Assembly (NCBI GenBank): GCA_964016885.1
Contig: OZ024747.1
Location: forward strand, 28,582,001-28,646,000
Length of the DNA stretch: 64,000 nucleotides
Direction of reading: 5' to 3'
Origin: Eledone cirrhosa
Taxonomy: Eukaryota
Part shown: piece after piece, positions 11,515 through 25,398 of the stretch
Position numbering within the stretch: the first letter of the stretch is position 1
How the letters are laid out: every line of letters begins with the position of its first letter
Translations under genes and position numbers: made by a program
Notes under the pieces: generated by a model
Told to the model about the DNA's origin: nothing
What the model saw: the letters and a program-made list of their open reading frames with translations, nothing else
The model's database searches: none

Positions 11515-12138
11515 TAATAATAATAAATGTCAAGACTAAAATTCAAAGAGGGCTGAATAAGGATAAATATATATCAAATATATAAGAACCCTAGAGCAAA
11601 TATTTATTAAAATAACAAATTAAAGTTTAAGCAAAGAATCGCTGCTTTCACCCTTAACGGGATCTTCTGAAACTAAAAAAAAATCAATTTGTGAACGCAG
11701 AAGTAAATATTTCAAAAAACGTTGCAACCGAAGGAAAACAGGAAGACGATACTTTGGTTCGTGAAGACGTTCCCTGGCAATGAACAGTAAAAAGCAAAGA
11801 AAATAGGTTGTAATGTGGAGCGATGAGAACAATTACGTGCAAAGTCAAAACCACGTTTATGGTATAAATGGAGTCATTAGACTAATGTTCTATTTAGGAA
11901 ACCGAATGATTCTCGGCTTCAGAGTTAAGAATAATTGTTTCTACTTTTTCCATTCGTTGCCAGGGAACGTCTTCACAAACCAAAGTATCGTCTTCCTGTT
12001 TTCCTTCGGTTGCAACGTTTTTCGAAATATTTACTTCTGCGTTCACAGATTGATTTTTTTTTTAGTTTCAGAAGATCCCGTTAAGGGTGATAGCAGCGAT
12101 TCTTTGCTTAAACTTTAATCTGTTATTTTAATAAATAT
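11515..12138 (-). mobile_element. PLE pLTR with an inverted copy; variant HHR at 11624-11674 (minus)
   Basis: Arms ~11600-11784 and ~11953-12138 show a few mismatches. Minus strand reads agttt-CAGAAGA-tccc gttaa gggt-GAAA-gcag cgattct ttgc-TT^aaact. The plus-arm copy has GATA in place of GAAA. Confidence 0.7.
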
Positions 12139-12813
12139 ATATATATATCGTCCAAAGCATGCTAAAAATAGAAAGAAGACTAAAATGATGATGATAAAAC
12201 TGACAAAATATAGACACACACACAAAACATTGAAATATTCCAGGTCTTAATTCACTTCACGCTCAAAAGTAGAGTAGCATATTTTATGATAATGTGAAAT
12301 ATGACAGATAAAACTGTCAAGGACAACATTTTACAAAGTTGTCACTGTGGAAATCTTCAGAGAAAGTTCAGAGTGTCACTCAGATTTTACATTTTTTTAC
12401 TTTTTCTTTTGCTTAATACTTTCATTATCATATCTCTAATGAAAGACACTAGCTAGGATTTTCAAATAATCAGGAATTTAGAGGGATTTAGTAATATAAC
12501 AAACTCACATTTTTTTAGCTGATATTTGGAACATAAAATTATGATGGAAGCTTTTTAAATAAATATAAACATTTGAAAAAAACAGCATTGTATTGTAAAA
12601 ACAGGGGGCGGTTTCAGGTAGTTGGTATCAGAAGGGCATTCACTTATAGAAACTGTGCCAAACAAAGAGGTGTGTCAAGGATGAGTTGACAAGTGAACAT
12701 ATTTAAAAAGGTTTAGGGCAGAGATTTTTCTCTCTAGCGAAGCACTCATCAACTGCTTCAAGTACCTAAAAATAGAAAAATATGAAACAAAATAGGAACA
12801 AAAAAGTAAGAAC

Positions 12814-13053
12814 CTCTTTTGGAAAAAATGGTGCCATAATAGAAAGAGATATTGATGATAAAAGATCACTTAGACATATTCCACCAATGAGAAGTTTTTG
12901 GTCAAATGACAGATGGGACCATAAGAATCTCTGGTTTGTATCTGTTTCAGAAGGAAGTGATTTATAGTTCGGATCTGATTCCGTAATTTTAATATCATGA
13001 TGAAAATAGTCTTCTGTCCGTGATTTAGATCTTACAAGGAAAGCATTAGGCAT
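12814..13053 (-). CDS. SLC18B1: First coding exon of an MFS transporter, SLC18B1-like (80 aa); downstream exons not found in the window
   Basis: ...LLIGGICLSDLLSSISLSIMAPFFPKE followed by a phase-0 GT donor (12812-12813). Acceptor ttttccag at 13122-13123, with an in-frame stop upstream of the ATG. TM1 plus PFFPKE is typical of the SLC18B1 family. Confidence 0.8.
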
Positions 13054-15817
13054 TTTCTGATCCGAGCACTTTTTAACATTCCACTTGAATCAGCTTTGAC
13101 AAATGTTGGATTGAAACAACCCTGGAAAATAAATAAAACACAAAATAAGTAAAAACAAACAGTAAAACATTAAAACAAAAAATTAAAGAAATGGATTTAG
13201 ACTTTCATAATCTCTCTCCTTTTAATCTCTTGATCATCACCACTATCGTCATAACAAGCACTACAACAACCATCACCACCACTACAACCACCATCACCAC
13301 CACCATAACCACCACCACCAAAACTGCTGCCACTATCATCACCACCATTATCATTATCAGGAAATAAACATGTTTTACAATATGTTGGTTTGTGACAGTG
13401 TAAATGCTAATTTGTTCCAAAGTGAAATAACAGCAGGTAGAAGCTGAGATGAAATTTAGTGAGAGTAACTGAAAATCTTTGTTGCTATCTAGATAAGAAA
13501 AGTGACAATGAGAGCAAATTCTATGTATGTGCAGACACCATCTAAGATCAAAGTTCACAAACAGCATTTAACAAAAAATATGTTTGTATATTTTGGTTTG
13601 AAATTAACAGGATGCAAACTAAAATGACTTATAAATATAATTATTGTAGATTAGCAAAGTCATTAGAGGGGCAGATAAAATGCTTAGCAGTATTTGTTCT
13701 TGCTCTTTCCTTTCTAACTTCAAATCCTGCCAAGATAAACTTTCAACCTTCCGAGGTCAATAAAATAAAGTATCAGTAAAGCCCAGGTGTTGCTTTAATC
13801 AACTTTTCCCTTCTCCAAATAAACTAACCTTGAGCCAAAATTTGAAACAATATAGGGTGGTGTACTGGCCGAGTCATTAAGGCATCAGACGGTATTTATT
13901 CCAGCTCTTTACATTCTGAGTTCAAATCCCATTGAGGTCAATTTTGCCTCTCATCCTTTCAAGGTCAATAAAATAAAATACCAGTAAAGTACTGAAGTCG
14001 ATAAAATAAAGTACCAGTAAACTACTGGGGCCGATATTATCAGCTTCCCTTTCCACAAATTGCTGGCCTTGTGCCTAAACCGTTATTATTAATACTTTTC
14101 TTCTTGATTTAAAAAAATGTTAAAAATATTCTAAAATTTTGAGGGATTTAGTAATAACTAACTTTCTCATTAAGTTGATGTTTGGAACATAACTTAACGA
14201 AGGATCTTACATAAAATTATGATGGAAAACTTTTAAATAAATATCACTGAGAAGTGCAATTGCACAAGGTCAGCTTTTGTCACTTCATCCCAGGTCTTCC
14301 TGGGTCTTCCTATGGAGTAGGAAGACCCAGGTAGGAAGACCCAGGTAAGCTGACCTTGTGCAATTCACCTCTCAAAGACAATGACACATGATTGAGATTT
14401 TTGGTGTTATGCCGTAATAGAGAAGACATGCCTTCCCATGTGCAGGGACTCAAACATACATCTAGTAGGCATCTTTTAACCACTATACCCACTTCCATAC
14501 ATGCCCCAACACCCACCCACTTCTGTCCACACCACCCCTACACTGTAAAGTTATGTTGGTATCACAAGAAAAAAAGCACCCAGTCCACACTGTAAAGTAA
14601 ATGTGTAGGTATCACGACAAAAAGCACCCAGCGCACATGGTAAAGTGGTTATGTAGGATCACGTCAAAAATCATCCAGCACACACTGTAAATGTGGTTAG
14701 AGTTAGGGATGGCATCCAGCTGTAGAAGCCTAGCCAGAAACAGTTCTGTATGTTTTATGCCTCTAATGGGACAACCTGTCTAACCCATGCTAGCATGGAA
14801 AATGGATGTTAAATGATGATGATGATGATAATAAACACTTTAGAACTTTGTGTTGTAGAGTCAGGGGCTCTTTCAGACAGTTTAGTGTCAAAAAGGGTTA
14901 ATCAAGGTGTTGATATGGCTGTGTGGTTAAGAATTTCACAGTGAGATGGAACCTAAAACCTTATGTTTGTGAAGCAAAATTCTTCAGCACACAGCCATAC
15001 TAACACTTATCTTAACTCTTTTGATATCAAACCACTAGGAACTGCCCCTGGATCTATGATACAAAACTGATAGCTTTAGAGTGTTTATATTTATCTAAAA
15101 ACTTTCCATCGTAATATTAAATAAAACCCTTTAAGTTGCATTCCAAACACTAACTTAATAATGAGAAAGACAGTTATGTTACAAAATTATTTTTAAATCA
15201 TATACAGTGTCTTTCATTAGAAATATGGCAATGAAAAGGTTAATATAAATTGAAAATATATTTTCTAATAATAACTATAGTCATCCCATCATATTAAGTT
15301 GATATGAAACAAAAGAGAATAACCAAATTCAAACACTATATACAACATTTCTTACATTTTTATTCTAGATGTTTCCTTTTATTCTATAACCTTGACAAAT
15401 TGTAAAACACTTATTGAAGTAATGTATTGGGACATTTGTTGAAGTGTTGGAAATCAGCTTCAAAATGACACAAGGCACAGAGAACAAAACACCCACAAAT
15501 GAATTTAATAAAATAATACTGAAATTGTGAAAACAATAGTAATAATGTGTATTGTAGTGTGTACAAAGAATTCAGTAAAAAAAAACAACTTTTTTATAAA
15601 AGTTTATGAAATGTAAGCTGTAAAAATGCTGAAGTTAATATAAAACAAGAAAATATATATATCACTGCATATCTATGGTTGTGGTTTCATTAGGAATATA
15701 TCAATTTGATGAATCATGCATACACATAAACAGACACGCATTATATAAACATGAATATATAAATAATTATATGCATGAACACGTCATCATCATCATTGTT
15801 GATGGTATATAAAGTCA

Positions 15818-17024
15818 TACAAGGTTTGTCCAAAAAGTAAGAGTACTGATGTTTTATTCAAATGTATATTAGATATAGATTAAATTAAAAGTTATCTCCT
15901 TCAAGATACGACCCTTAGTTCCAATGCTTTTCCCCGTTGATTGTAGCAGAACTGGAAGCCATTTTCTGTGAGTGTTCTTAGTACATCAGTTACAATTTTT
16001 TATATATTTTCCACAGTCACAAAAGGATGACCCTTCAACTTCAATTTCAACTTAGGATGTAGGAAGGATGTAGAAGTGTGAGAAAATTTTTCTTTGTCAG
16101 AACTTCTCAAATTGAAAGTGCTGTGTGAGCAGGCATGTCATCGTGGTGCAGTACCCAATCTCCTGCAATGTCCTTTTGGACTCGCTGGACCTGTTTTCAA
16201 AGTCATTCCAAGACATCATCGGAGAAGGTGCAATTAACTGTCTGTCCTGAAGGTAAAAACTCTTTCTGAATAATACCATGGCTGTCAAAAAGAATGATAA
16301 TCATTGCTTTCATGCTGGATTTGCTCATGCATGCTCTCTTCAGACAAGGAGAGATTTTCGTGTGTCACTTTTCACTTTGTTGTTTTGCCTCTGGATTGCA
16401 CTCACACATCCAAGAACTTTGGCTTAATTTCAAATCTTTTTAGCAAATCCTGACAAATTTCTAGCCAGTTCATTTTTGCTCCACAAACAAGTGTTTGGGC
16501 ACTAGTTTTGCACAAATTTTTCACCTGTGGAAGTGGCCTGTTAAAATTCTTTGAACTGCATTTTTATCCAAGTCCATTTCTTCTACAATCCTAACACTTA
16601 ATTGGTGATCTTTCACCATCATTTCCCACTTCCAGATTTTCTTTATTTGATAACAAGATTGGCCTTCCAGAATGGGGTTCTCAAAATTTTCTCAGCATTC
16701 TTTGTGCTACTTAAAAACCTTACTTCTTGATAAAGTAGTATCTTCATAATTTTGTGTTAAAGAATCAAATATTTTGGTGTTGGGTGTGTTGAGTTTCACA
16801 CAAAAATTGATCACATACCATTGTTCGATATTTTCCTGCATCACAAACATAAATACATTTGTACATAAACAGCAATAACTCATGACTGACTCAATCGATC
16901 ATGTTGAAACAAGTATGTATGTGCAGTCAAGGTCATACCCAACACGCCTATATACATCAAGGTGCTGCATTACCATGTCATACATAGGAAAATTAGTACC
17001 CTTACCTTTGGAACAAACCACGTA
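15818..17024 (-). mobile_element. Degenerate mariner transposon (~1.2 kb)
   Basis: Imperfect TIRs TAcaaggtttgtccaaaaagtaagagtactga / ttagtacccttacctttggaacaaaccacgTA. The minus strand encodes WVLHHDDMPAHTA, similar to the HHDNAPAH motif. Confidence 0.8.
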
Positions 17025-17366
17025 CATACATACATACATCTAAAGTCTGTCACAAGCCCAGAGGCTCATCAGGCCAGTACTTATTCCAGTTTTCATGGTG
17101 TTAAGTAACTGAGAGTACAAGACACCCTCCTGGACAGGATGCCAGTCCATCACAGGTTTGAACCCCCAGCTACTGCCAGTACTCATTTTCAGTTGAATAT
17201 ACTAGAATAATGTGAAATGAAGTGTTTTGATTAAGAACACAACACACAACCCAGTCCAGGAATCGAACCTATGACACTCTTATCACTAGGCCACACACCT
17301 CCACACATACATGTATATATCATTGCCATCATCATTTAACATCCATTTCATGATTGTTATTATTAT

Positions 17367-18530
17367 GGTGTGCAGAAGAAAAGATTGCGTTGATATGAAC
17401 ATGTGATGTGCATGGACAATGACCAATGGGTGAAGAAATGCCAGGAAATCCCAGTGGAAGGAAGCCACAGTAAAGGATGACCAAAAAAGACCTGGGCAGA
17501 GGTTGTGAGAGCTGACCACAAATTACTAAGATTGGAAGAGGAGATGAAGAAATGTGACAAGTGGAGAGATGCTATGCTGAGAAGGACCCGACCAACCCAT
17601 GCAAGCATGGAAAAGCGAACATAAAAATGATGATGATGATGATACACACATACATAGAAGGATATGGAAGATAAAAGAGCCCTCAGCCAGTAACAAATTC
17701 AGAGGTATTTTGCTTGATGCTTACGACAGTAAGGAAGAACAAATAAAGACATTCAATATAGAGGAGCATTGGGAGTTCCTGAAAGCTAATCTACTAAGGT
17801 GACAGACAAGATCTGTGATTGGAGCAGGGCTCCAGAGAGGAGAGTGATTTGGTGGTGAAACAGTAAGGTAGATGAGATAATTAAGGCCAAGAGACAGGCA
17901 TGGAAAAAAATGGAAGAATGGGGGAAGTAGGGAACACTACCTGGAAGCCAGGAAGGAAGCTAGACAACAAGTATACTTAGCAAGGAGGGAAGCAAAAGAT
18001 AAACAATTTAAGCATGTTTTGTGGTGTGAAGGTGTGAGGTGTTTAGGATCATAAGAGTGTGTCAGGGAAAATTGTGAAATCGTTGGAGAGAAGTGTGTGA
18101 GAGATAATAAAGGTGCACTTGCCCTCATGGATGTTGAAAAGAAAGTAGCATGGAAGAACCATTATGAAAGATTACTGAGTGAGGAGAATGCAAGGGAGTA
18201 AGATGGTCTACCCCAAGCAGGCCCAACAGAGGGTCCAGCCGTATAAGTCAACAACAGTAAGTAAGGAAATTAAGGATATGAAGACAAGGAAAGCAGCTGG
18301 CCTGTTGGGGATAGTACCTGGGGTGCTGAAAGCATCTGGAATGGTGGGTCACACCTTGACCACTCATATTGTAAACTAAGTAATGCTAAATGATGTCATA
18401 CCAAATGATTGGTACAGCAGCATCATTGTCAACTGCTACAAGAGTAAAGGAGATGCACTAGATAAAGAAAACTATAGAGGCATCAAGTTGATGGATGAAG
18501 GTAACAGAAAGAGTTATAGCACAGCTGATA
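17367..18530 (+). mobile_element. Degenerate RTE LINE pieces (3' end with TGA tail, then an internal fragment)
   Basis: Similar to 25399-28320, for example MKTRKAAGLLGIVPGVLKASG, and shares the same 3' tail. Confidence 0.8.
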
Positions 18531-18662
18531 TCACAGAATATGTGACGAAAGAACTTTGACGAACTAACCAATAACTAGTATTAAAGATAAAGTGAAAATC
18601 ATATGGTGCATGTGTTTTTTATTGGCAATACAGGCCACATGACCATCCCCAAATACAATATA
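18531..18662 (+). mobile_element. Truncated PLE pLTR tail (family of 28329-29206), HHR 3' half only
   Basis: tcacagaatatgtgacGAAAgaactttgac...ggtgcatgtgtttttattggcaata matches the reverse complement of 1975-2158. Confidence 0.75.
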
Positions 18663-18665
18663 TAT

Positions 18666-18695
<30 letters not shown>

Positions 18696-18700
<5 letters not shown>

Positions 18701-19044
18701 TACCCCTGGCATTCACGGTCCCGGTTATTCGCCGAATTTTCCTTAGAACATAACTAATAATTGTTCGTGGAAACCACCGCATATTCGCAGGATTGTAAAT
18801 ATCTTCTGCAATTTTTTTATGGCTTTTTTCGTGTCAATATATATTTTTTAATGCTAAATTATTAATAACAATATACTGTATATGCCAGCCTATTGGACGC
18901 CCCTTCACATAAGACGTTCCCTTTTTTTAAAATTATATTTTGATGTTTATAGGCATTTTTATGGACCACATCCAATATTCGCAGTTTTTTACTCTTCACG
19001 AGTGCTCTAGGAACGTAACTCGCGCGGATACTGGGGGACAACTG
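18696..19044. mobile_element. pogo/Tigger-like MITE
   Basis: Imperfect TIRs (t)agtgtacccctggcattcacgg / cgcggatactgggggacaactg with TA flanks. Confidence 0.6.
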
Positions 19045-19080
19045 TATATGCAATATTATATTATATTACATATATATAAT

Positions 19081-19272
19081 GGCGGTGGATTGGCAGTATC
19101 GGTAGAGGGTCGGACGCCATACTTTGACGCATAGAGTTACGGCCCTTGCCATTCTGAGTTCAAATCCCGCCGAGGTTAACTTTGCCTTTCATCCTTACAG
19201 GGTCAATAAAATAAAGTACCAGTAATGCACTGGGTAATTGCTGGCCTTGTGCCAAAAGTAGAAATAATTATA
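19081..19272 (+). mobile_element. Second tRNA-derived SINE family (~190 bp), many copies in the window
   Basis: tggcagtatcggtaga...gagttcaaatccc...ggccttgtgccaaaagtagaaa. Further copies at ~23706-23935, 25141-25324, 32197-32990 (about four in tandem), 39724-39810, 43508-43690, 47385-47860, 49743-49870 and 57226-58510. Confidence 0.85.
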
Positions 19273-19306
19273 TTATATTACATATATATATGTGTAATAT
19301 AATATA

Positions 19307-20221
19307 CTAGCATTAAAGCCCGGCGTTGCTCGGGGTCAGTAAGTTACCAAAGTTAGGTTGCACCACCCATTTTATGGCAGCACTTTTTTGTCTGCCAGGC
19401 ACTGGGTGAATGAATTGCAGACCTGGACTGCCGAAGCAGGAGCTGCGCCAGCAGTTACAATTGTAGTTTCGCCTATGGATATTATCTCTGTGCAAAGAAG
19501 TGTTGAAATTTATTGTTTCACAGTACACGCGCGTAGACGATGCCAGCCGAACAACAGAGCTGCGATGGAGTTGTTCTGCATGGTTGTCTAATGTGTGTTT
19601 TCTAAATTTAAAACAGTAGGGAGGGGTGAGATATGGGGGAGAGTTAGCTGCTGTTTCTAGCAGGTTTAGTGAACCCATAGAGTATATTATTGTGTATAGT
19701 AAATAAATTGATACTTCTTTCTTCCACGTTCGTTGAGAGATGTTTTAAAAAAGATTTATCGCTGTTTTTTTTGTTGCTGAATAAATTTATCTGTTGTTTT
19801 TGAATAATTGTTGTTTCGTATAAAATGTAATAATCTTTGTTGTCATTGAAGTAAATAAATGTTTGACCGTTCCACACTCAAAAACAAACGCTCTCTCTCT
19901 CTCTCTCTCTCCGGCGTTCCAAAAGGAAGTTTGTAAGTTTAAGCGTATATAAGAGAAAGTTGCAGCATGTATGTAGTTTTATCGAATTTTAAGGGGAGTA
20001 GAGAGAGGTAAGCAGATTCTATTAGAGGGGTAAAGCGTCATGTATTTAGTTTTATCGATTATTTCCGTAATTGTGGGTGAGTTTGAAATAAATAAATAGT
20101 CGTTGACCTAAGTTAGACCATTTACAACATTCTTACAGACATTCAGTCGAATCGGTTTGAAATTGTGCAAATGTATAAAATTGAAACTTACATACAGACA
20201 CAAAAATCTGCCTTTTATAGA
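19307..20221 (-). mobile_element. Non-autonomous Helitron
   Basis: The minus strand starts TCtataaaaggc and ends with the hairpin cccgagcaacgccggg, a short spacer and CTAG, between A and T. Confidence 0.72.
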
Positions 20222-23200
20222 TAATGATGATGATGATACATAATAATATATAAAACTGTAATGATTACAATATAAACAATAAATAGTATTGATAAGACAA
20301 GATAATCATCTTAACTCAGCAGATCGAAGTAATCGGGGTTAAAATATATCATCACACAAAATCACTTGACACAATTTAACAGATGAAAGCTGTTTATGTC
20401 TCGTGACCATTATACTTTGTTTATGTTAGTAATACCCCTGAGAGAAAGTATGAACACCACACAGTCTCATGTTTCCTCCTCAGTTATTCTTAGGTCTGTT
20501 ACACATGCAAGCATTCTTAGTTCAAATCTTAAGTTAATTTTTATCTTTGTCTCACACAGTCAAAGACATAATTATATACATAAACAAATCCTTGATCTCT
20601 GTTTCTTGAGACTGCTGTAAGTAGAGGCAGTGCTGTCATAAAACATGAGTACACTCAGCAGTTACTTGGGTGAGGGGCTCTCATCGAGTCGAGGTTCAAT
20701 GCTAATTCATGTATGCTGTGGTTGTGTATGTAAGAGTCTCAGTCTATTGCTATACTGGTGATATGGGGAGGGGCACCAGATTTAGGGCTTCAATACTTAT
20801 CTATATATGTTGTGATTCTGAATGTAGGGGCCCAAATGTGTTGCTTTACCTGGGGGAATGGCGGGTCAGAGGTCTGGTGCAAATCTATTTATGCAGTGGA
20901 TAATGTATATAGGAGAACAAATGCATTACTTTGTGTTTATAATGCAATTAAGTTGAGTAGAGGAATGGTGTTCTATGCCTTGCTGCACACATTAGGAATG
21001 TTGTAATAAAAGTGAAGTAGAACTGTTTATATGAGAACAGAAACCAAGACAAAGAGGCTTCACTTTCACGTCTTACACTAAACAAAACCTTACTATATTT
21101 TACATTGGGGTCTGAGAAACAAAGAAGACAGCAAGTGTTGGTGAATAGGAAATGAACGAGGGACACGGTTATCATTGATAAGGTTACAATTCTTTCAAAT
21201 TGATTAAATAATTAATTAATTAATTCCCTAATAAATTGATAATAAAATTGAAGTGAAAAACAACCACCATGTGTGTGTTTGTATTGGCAATATGACCTTC
21301 CTAAAGTTCAACAATATTCCTTGTATGATGCCTGCATGTGAACTGTAATGCTATATGGCAGTGAAACATGGGCCTTGACTGTAGAAGACCTGCAAAGGCT
21401 AGAAATAAATAAAGTGAGTATGCTCTCCAATAGATATGTGATGTCAGTTTGCATGAACAATGTAGCATAAGCAAGCTGAGAGAAAAACTTGATATGAGAG
21501 AAATTGGATAGAGTGTACAAGAGAGAAGATTGCGTTGGTATGGACATGCAATGCATATGAAAGATGTCAACTATATAAAGAAATACAGATAAATCTCAGT
21601 TGATGAAACTCATGAAAAAGGTAGACTCAGGAAGACATGGGATGTTATAGTAAAGACTGACCTTAGGAAACTGAATCTCACAGTAAAGATGATAAATAAC
21701 TATGAGGACTGGTGACAAGCAGTACTGGAGATGACTCGCCTACCAGCATAAATGTTGTGACTGATTCATTCATGCCCCACGTTACTATCATTGCCTAATA
21801 GCTATTTTCACCTTCACTGTACACCCCCCCCCCCTCTTAAATCCCAATACACCAATCATAATTCATTAGAAGCTGATATAATCACAGCACCACCCACCAA
21901 CCACTACCACCACTGAACTATTGAGAGCATCCACTCCCCTCCCAACACACTAGTCATACATGTATGACATCATACTTATCCTTCATATATGCCCCACCTG
22001 TCCAATTCTTCCCCATAGGGTTCTTCAGTTGAGTCAAATACCAATAACCTCTCTAGTACTGGTGCCATGAAAAATGTACTCAGCACATCCTGTAAAGTGG
22101 TAGGTAATAGGGAGGGCATCCAACTGAAGAAACTATGTCAAAAGATCGTCATGAGGGCTCTTCACTTCAATTGAGTCAACAGCAGGACAGCCTCTCTAGT
22201 GTTGGTGATCTATATGATAAACACACCTAGTACACTCTGTAAAGTGGTTGGTGATAGGAAGGGCATCTATCTATAGAAAATTTGTCAAACAAAAGGTTTG
22301 AAGGATTTTTCAGCTCAGTATCAAAGTCATGACAATCTTCCTAGTGCTAATGCCATGATAAAATGCAGTTGGTACACTTTGTAGAATGTGGGACTATATG
22401 TAAGTAAGATTCAGTCATCTTTATCATCGTCAGTCCCCACATCTCCAGCCCATCTAAGAGTTCACTAGCACCAATTAAATATTGACTTGGCTGGGGATGA
22501 TCCATCTAACCCTGGCTATCAAGGAAAAACAAATGTTAAATGATGATGATAATGATAATAATAATGAAATTATTGTGTGCAGTGCTCAGGTGCACTACAA
22601 CTCATCAAAGGTGCATGTATGGTACATAGAATGATGTACAAATGTCAGGAAAGTGAATAGAGTCATGATATACATACAGATACATGTATGCATGGTGTAG
22701 TGTTGGTAAATTTCAATGATGAACATAGAAATGTATTTTTATAGAGAAAAACACAAGTAAGGAACAAGATAGGAAATGTGGTAGTATTGACATTAGAAAT
22801 AAAAACATGAAGTTAGATATAGAAAAAACTGTAAAGATAACAACAGTCCTTAAGTTTTTTTTAATACTAAACCTAAATTAAGGAGTACCTACTGACTAAG
22901 TTATAAAATGTGGCAGTTTTGGAATTAAAAAGAAAAACATAAGGTTGGGTGGAGAGAAAAATACAGTTCTTATAAATATAAAAGTACTCCTTAAACGTGT
23001 TTACACTAAACTTAAAACAACTGCACAAAGATAAATAAAAAACTAATCTGACAAACAAGATATGTTTAATTTGTTATTTAGTCAAATACTGGGATGGATT
23101 TAATTATATGCATCAGTCGTTTCCCATCTTTTCACTAACAAAAGCCCTTTTTATTTAACACTTTTCATACCAACCTATCTGAAACGACCTCTGCCTATTT

Positions 23201-25398
23201 TAAGGTGTATATATTTATATTAAAACCTTCCAGGATCATTTTATGTAAGAATCTTTTGTTTAGTAATGCTCTAAGATTATGAAAAAGTTAAGTTATTTTA
23301 CTAAATTCCTCCACATTTTTTTATTATTTTCAGAATTAATTGAAATACATTCACAGTGTATTTCATTAGAAACATGGGAACAAATGAGTTAAATGAATTT
23401 TTTACAACCCCCTCCCCATCTTGTTATAATTACTCTCCCTCCCAAATTGTTTACAATAACAATAACAATCAAAAGAAATAAATATTTATATTTAGAAAAG
23501 AATAGATATCCAATAGTATGTGTATATTATGTTGTTAACAAAATACTTAAAATTCTGAACTTAGCTCATAGACCCACCCTCCACAGTATGAATCCCAGAT
23601 TGGGGACTGCTGAATCACAGGTTGCAACTTCACACTCATATGTTGGTGATCTCCCTCCTTTTTTATATATCAAACCTTTCTTTTTTATTATTTTTAATTA
23701 TTGTAGGGCGGTGGATTGGCAGTATCAGTAGAGAGTCGGACACCATGCTTTGCAGCATAGAGTTACGGCCCTTTACGGTCTGGGTTCAAATCCCGCCGAG
23801 GTTAATTTTGCCTTTCATCTTTACAGGGTCGATAAAATAAAGCACCAGTAACATACTGGTGTCTGTTTAATCGACTCCCCCCACCAAAAAAAAAAATTAC
23901 TAGCCTTGTGCCTATACTAGAAACCATTATTTTTAATTATTGTGTTTTATTATAATAACTATCTTAATACCCATAAAAAACAATGGACTTTATAGTAAAA
24001 TAAAACATTTAATTTAATAATTTCTTGATTACAATATGCTTGAATTCTCAAGTTTTCCTCATATCACGGTACCAATTTTCATATTTCATTTTATTCATGA
24101 AAACTACAATAATTTTCTTCCACATTTTATTTTTAATCATTATCACACATATATGGCCAGAAAACTCAATCCTGTGTCATCGCCTTTGAGAGGTGCAATT
24201 GTGTGAGGTCAGCTTTTATCACCTCATCCCAAGCCTTCTTAAGTCTTCTGCTTCCATAGCTTTCATTAACTGAGCACCCTGCACCTTTTTAGAAAGCTGT
24301 CAACCTTCATACTTATCACATGTCTATACCACCGCAATCTCTTCTCCTGCACACTGGCATACACCTTGAGCAGCTGGACGTACTCATGCAATGCACCTCA
24401 ACTGCACACACACTGCTGACTGACTCAGACACTTTACTACCACTTCTGGATACACATCCTCATACAGGAAAACATACACTCCTGTCCACTTCATCCCTCC
24501 TGATGACCCCCTAACCTTTTCTTGCTTGTAACTTCTTTCCCACTCTTGTTTCTTTCCTGGTGAAGCACTTATGTCTGATACGTTGAAGTCATTTCTTTTT
24601 CCATTTCATACAAGCATGAACCTAATAACACTTTTTGTAATTGCTCTCCATGTTTGTTTTCACTGTTTTTCGTTGTTGTCCTTGCACTATGCATGTGTGA
24701 GTGTGTGTGTATGTGTGTGAACATGCATGAATCTGAGTGTGTGTGTTACATATTTTTAAACAAAAAATTCAAAGGAAAGGGAGAGATGTTATATAGGCCA
24801 CTTCAAGAAACTGATATTGTATTTGTTTACAAAATATACCCCCAAGACTGCATTACTCTAATGGGAACAACTATGGCTGTTTGCAGTTGTTTCCATCACA
24901 TTTTCCTTATAAACAAAAACATGTTTTAAAATAAATATAAAATACACTTTCATGTTTTTATTTTTACTGTGTCCAGTTATTACTCGGCAGCCATGGTGGA
25001 GGAATGCAGTGTGGTTACTTTTTCAAATCTAGTACATACTTTATTGATCTGTTTTTGTCAAACTGCTAAGTTATGAGACAAATACTGACACAAACAGACA
25101 TGGGCACACACACAATTCTCTCTCTCATATATATATAGTAATTGTTTCTACTTTTGGCACAAGGCCAGCAATTATCCAGTGTATTACTGGTACTTTATTT
25201 TATCGACCCCGTAAGGATGAAAGGCAAAGTTAACCTCGGCGGGATTTGAACTCAGAACGGCAAGGGCCATAACTCTATGCGTCAAAGCATGGCGTCCGAC
25301 CCTCTACCGATACTGCCAATCCAATAGTAATAATAATAAATTTGAAGACTAAAATCCAAAGCTTAAACTTTAATCTGTTATATTAATAAATATATATA

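Noticed and set aside
12767-12813. 47-nt mini-intron after the SLC18B1-like exon
   Set aside because: The sequence after the AG gives no transporter-like continuation and soon hits a stop.
13205-13567. Hydrophobic Val/Met-rich ORF resembling a membrane protein
   Set aside because: It derives from a (CAC/CAT)n microsatellite.
24552-24588. HHR-like ctttc-CTGGTGA-agcacttatgtct-GATA-cg-TT-gaag
   Set aside because: It has two core substitutions; probably a decayed PLE hammerhead, so it is not called functional.
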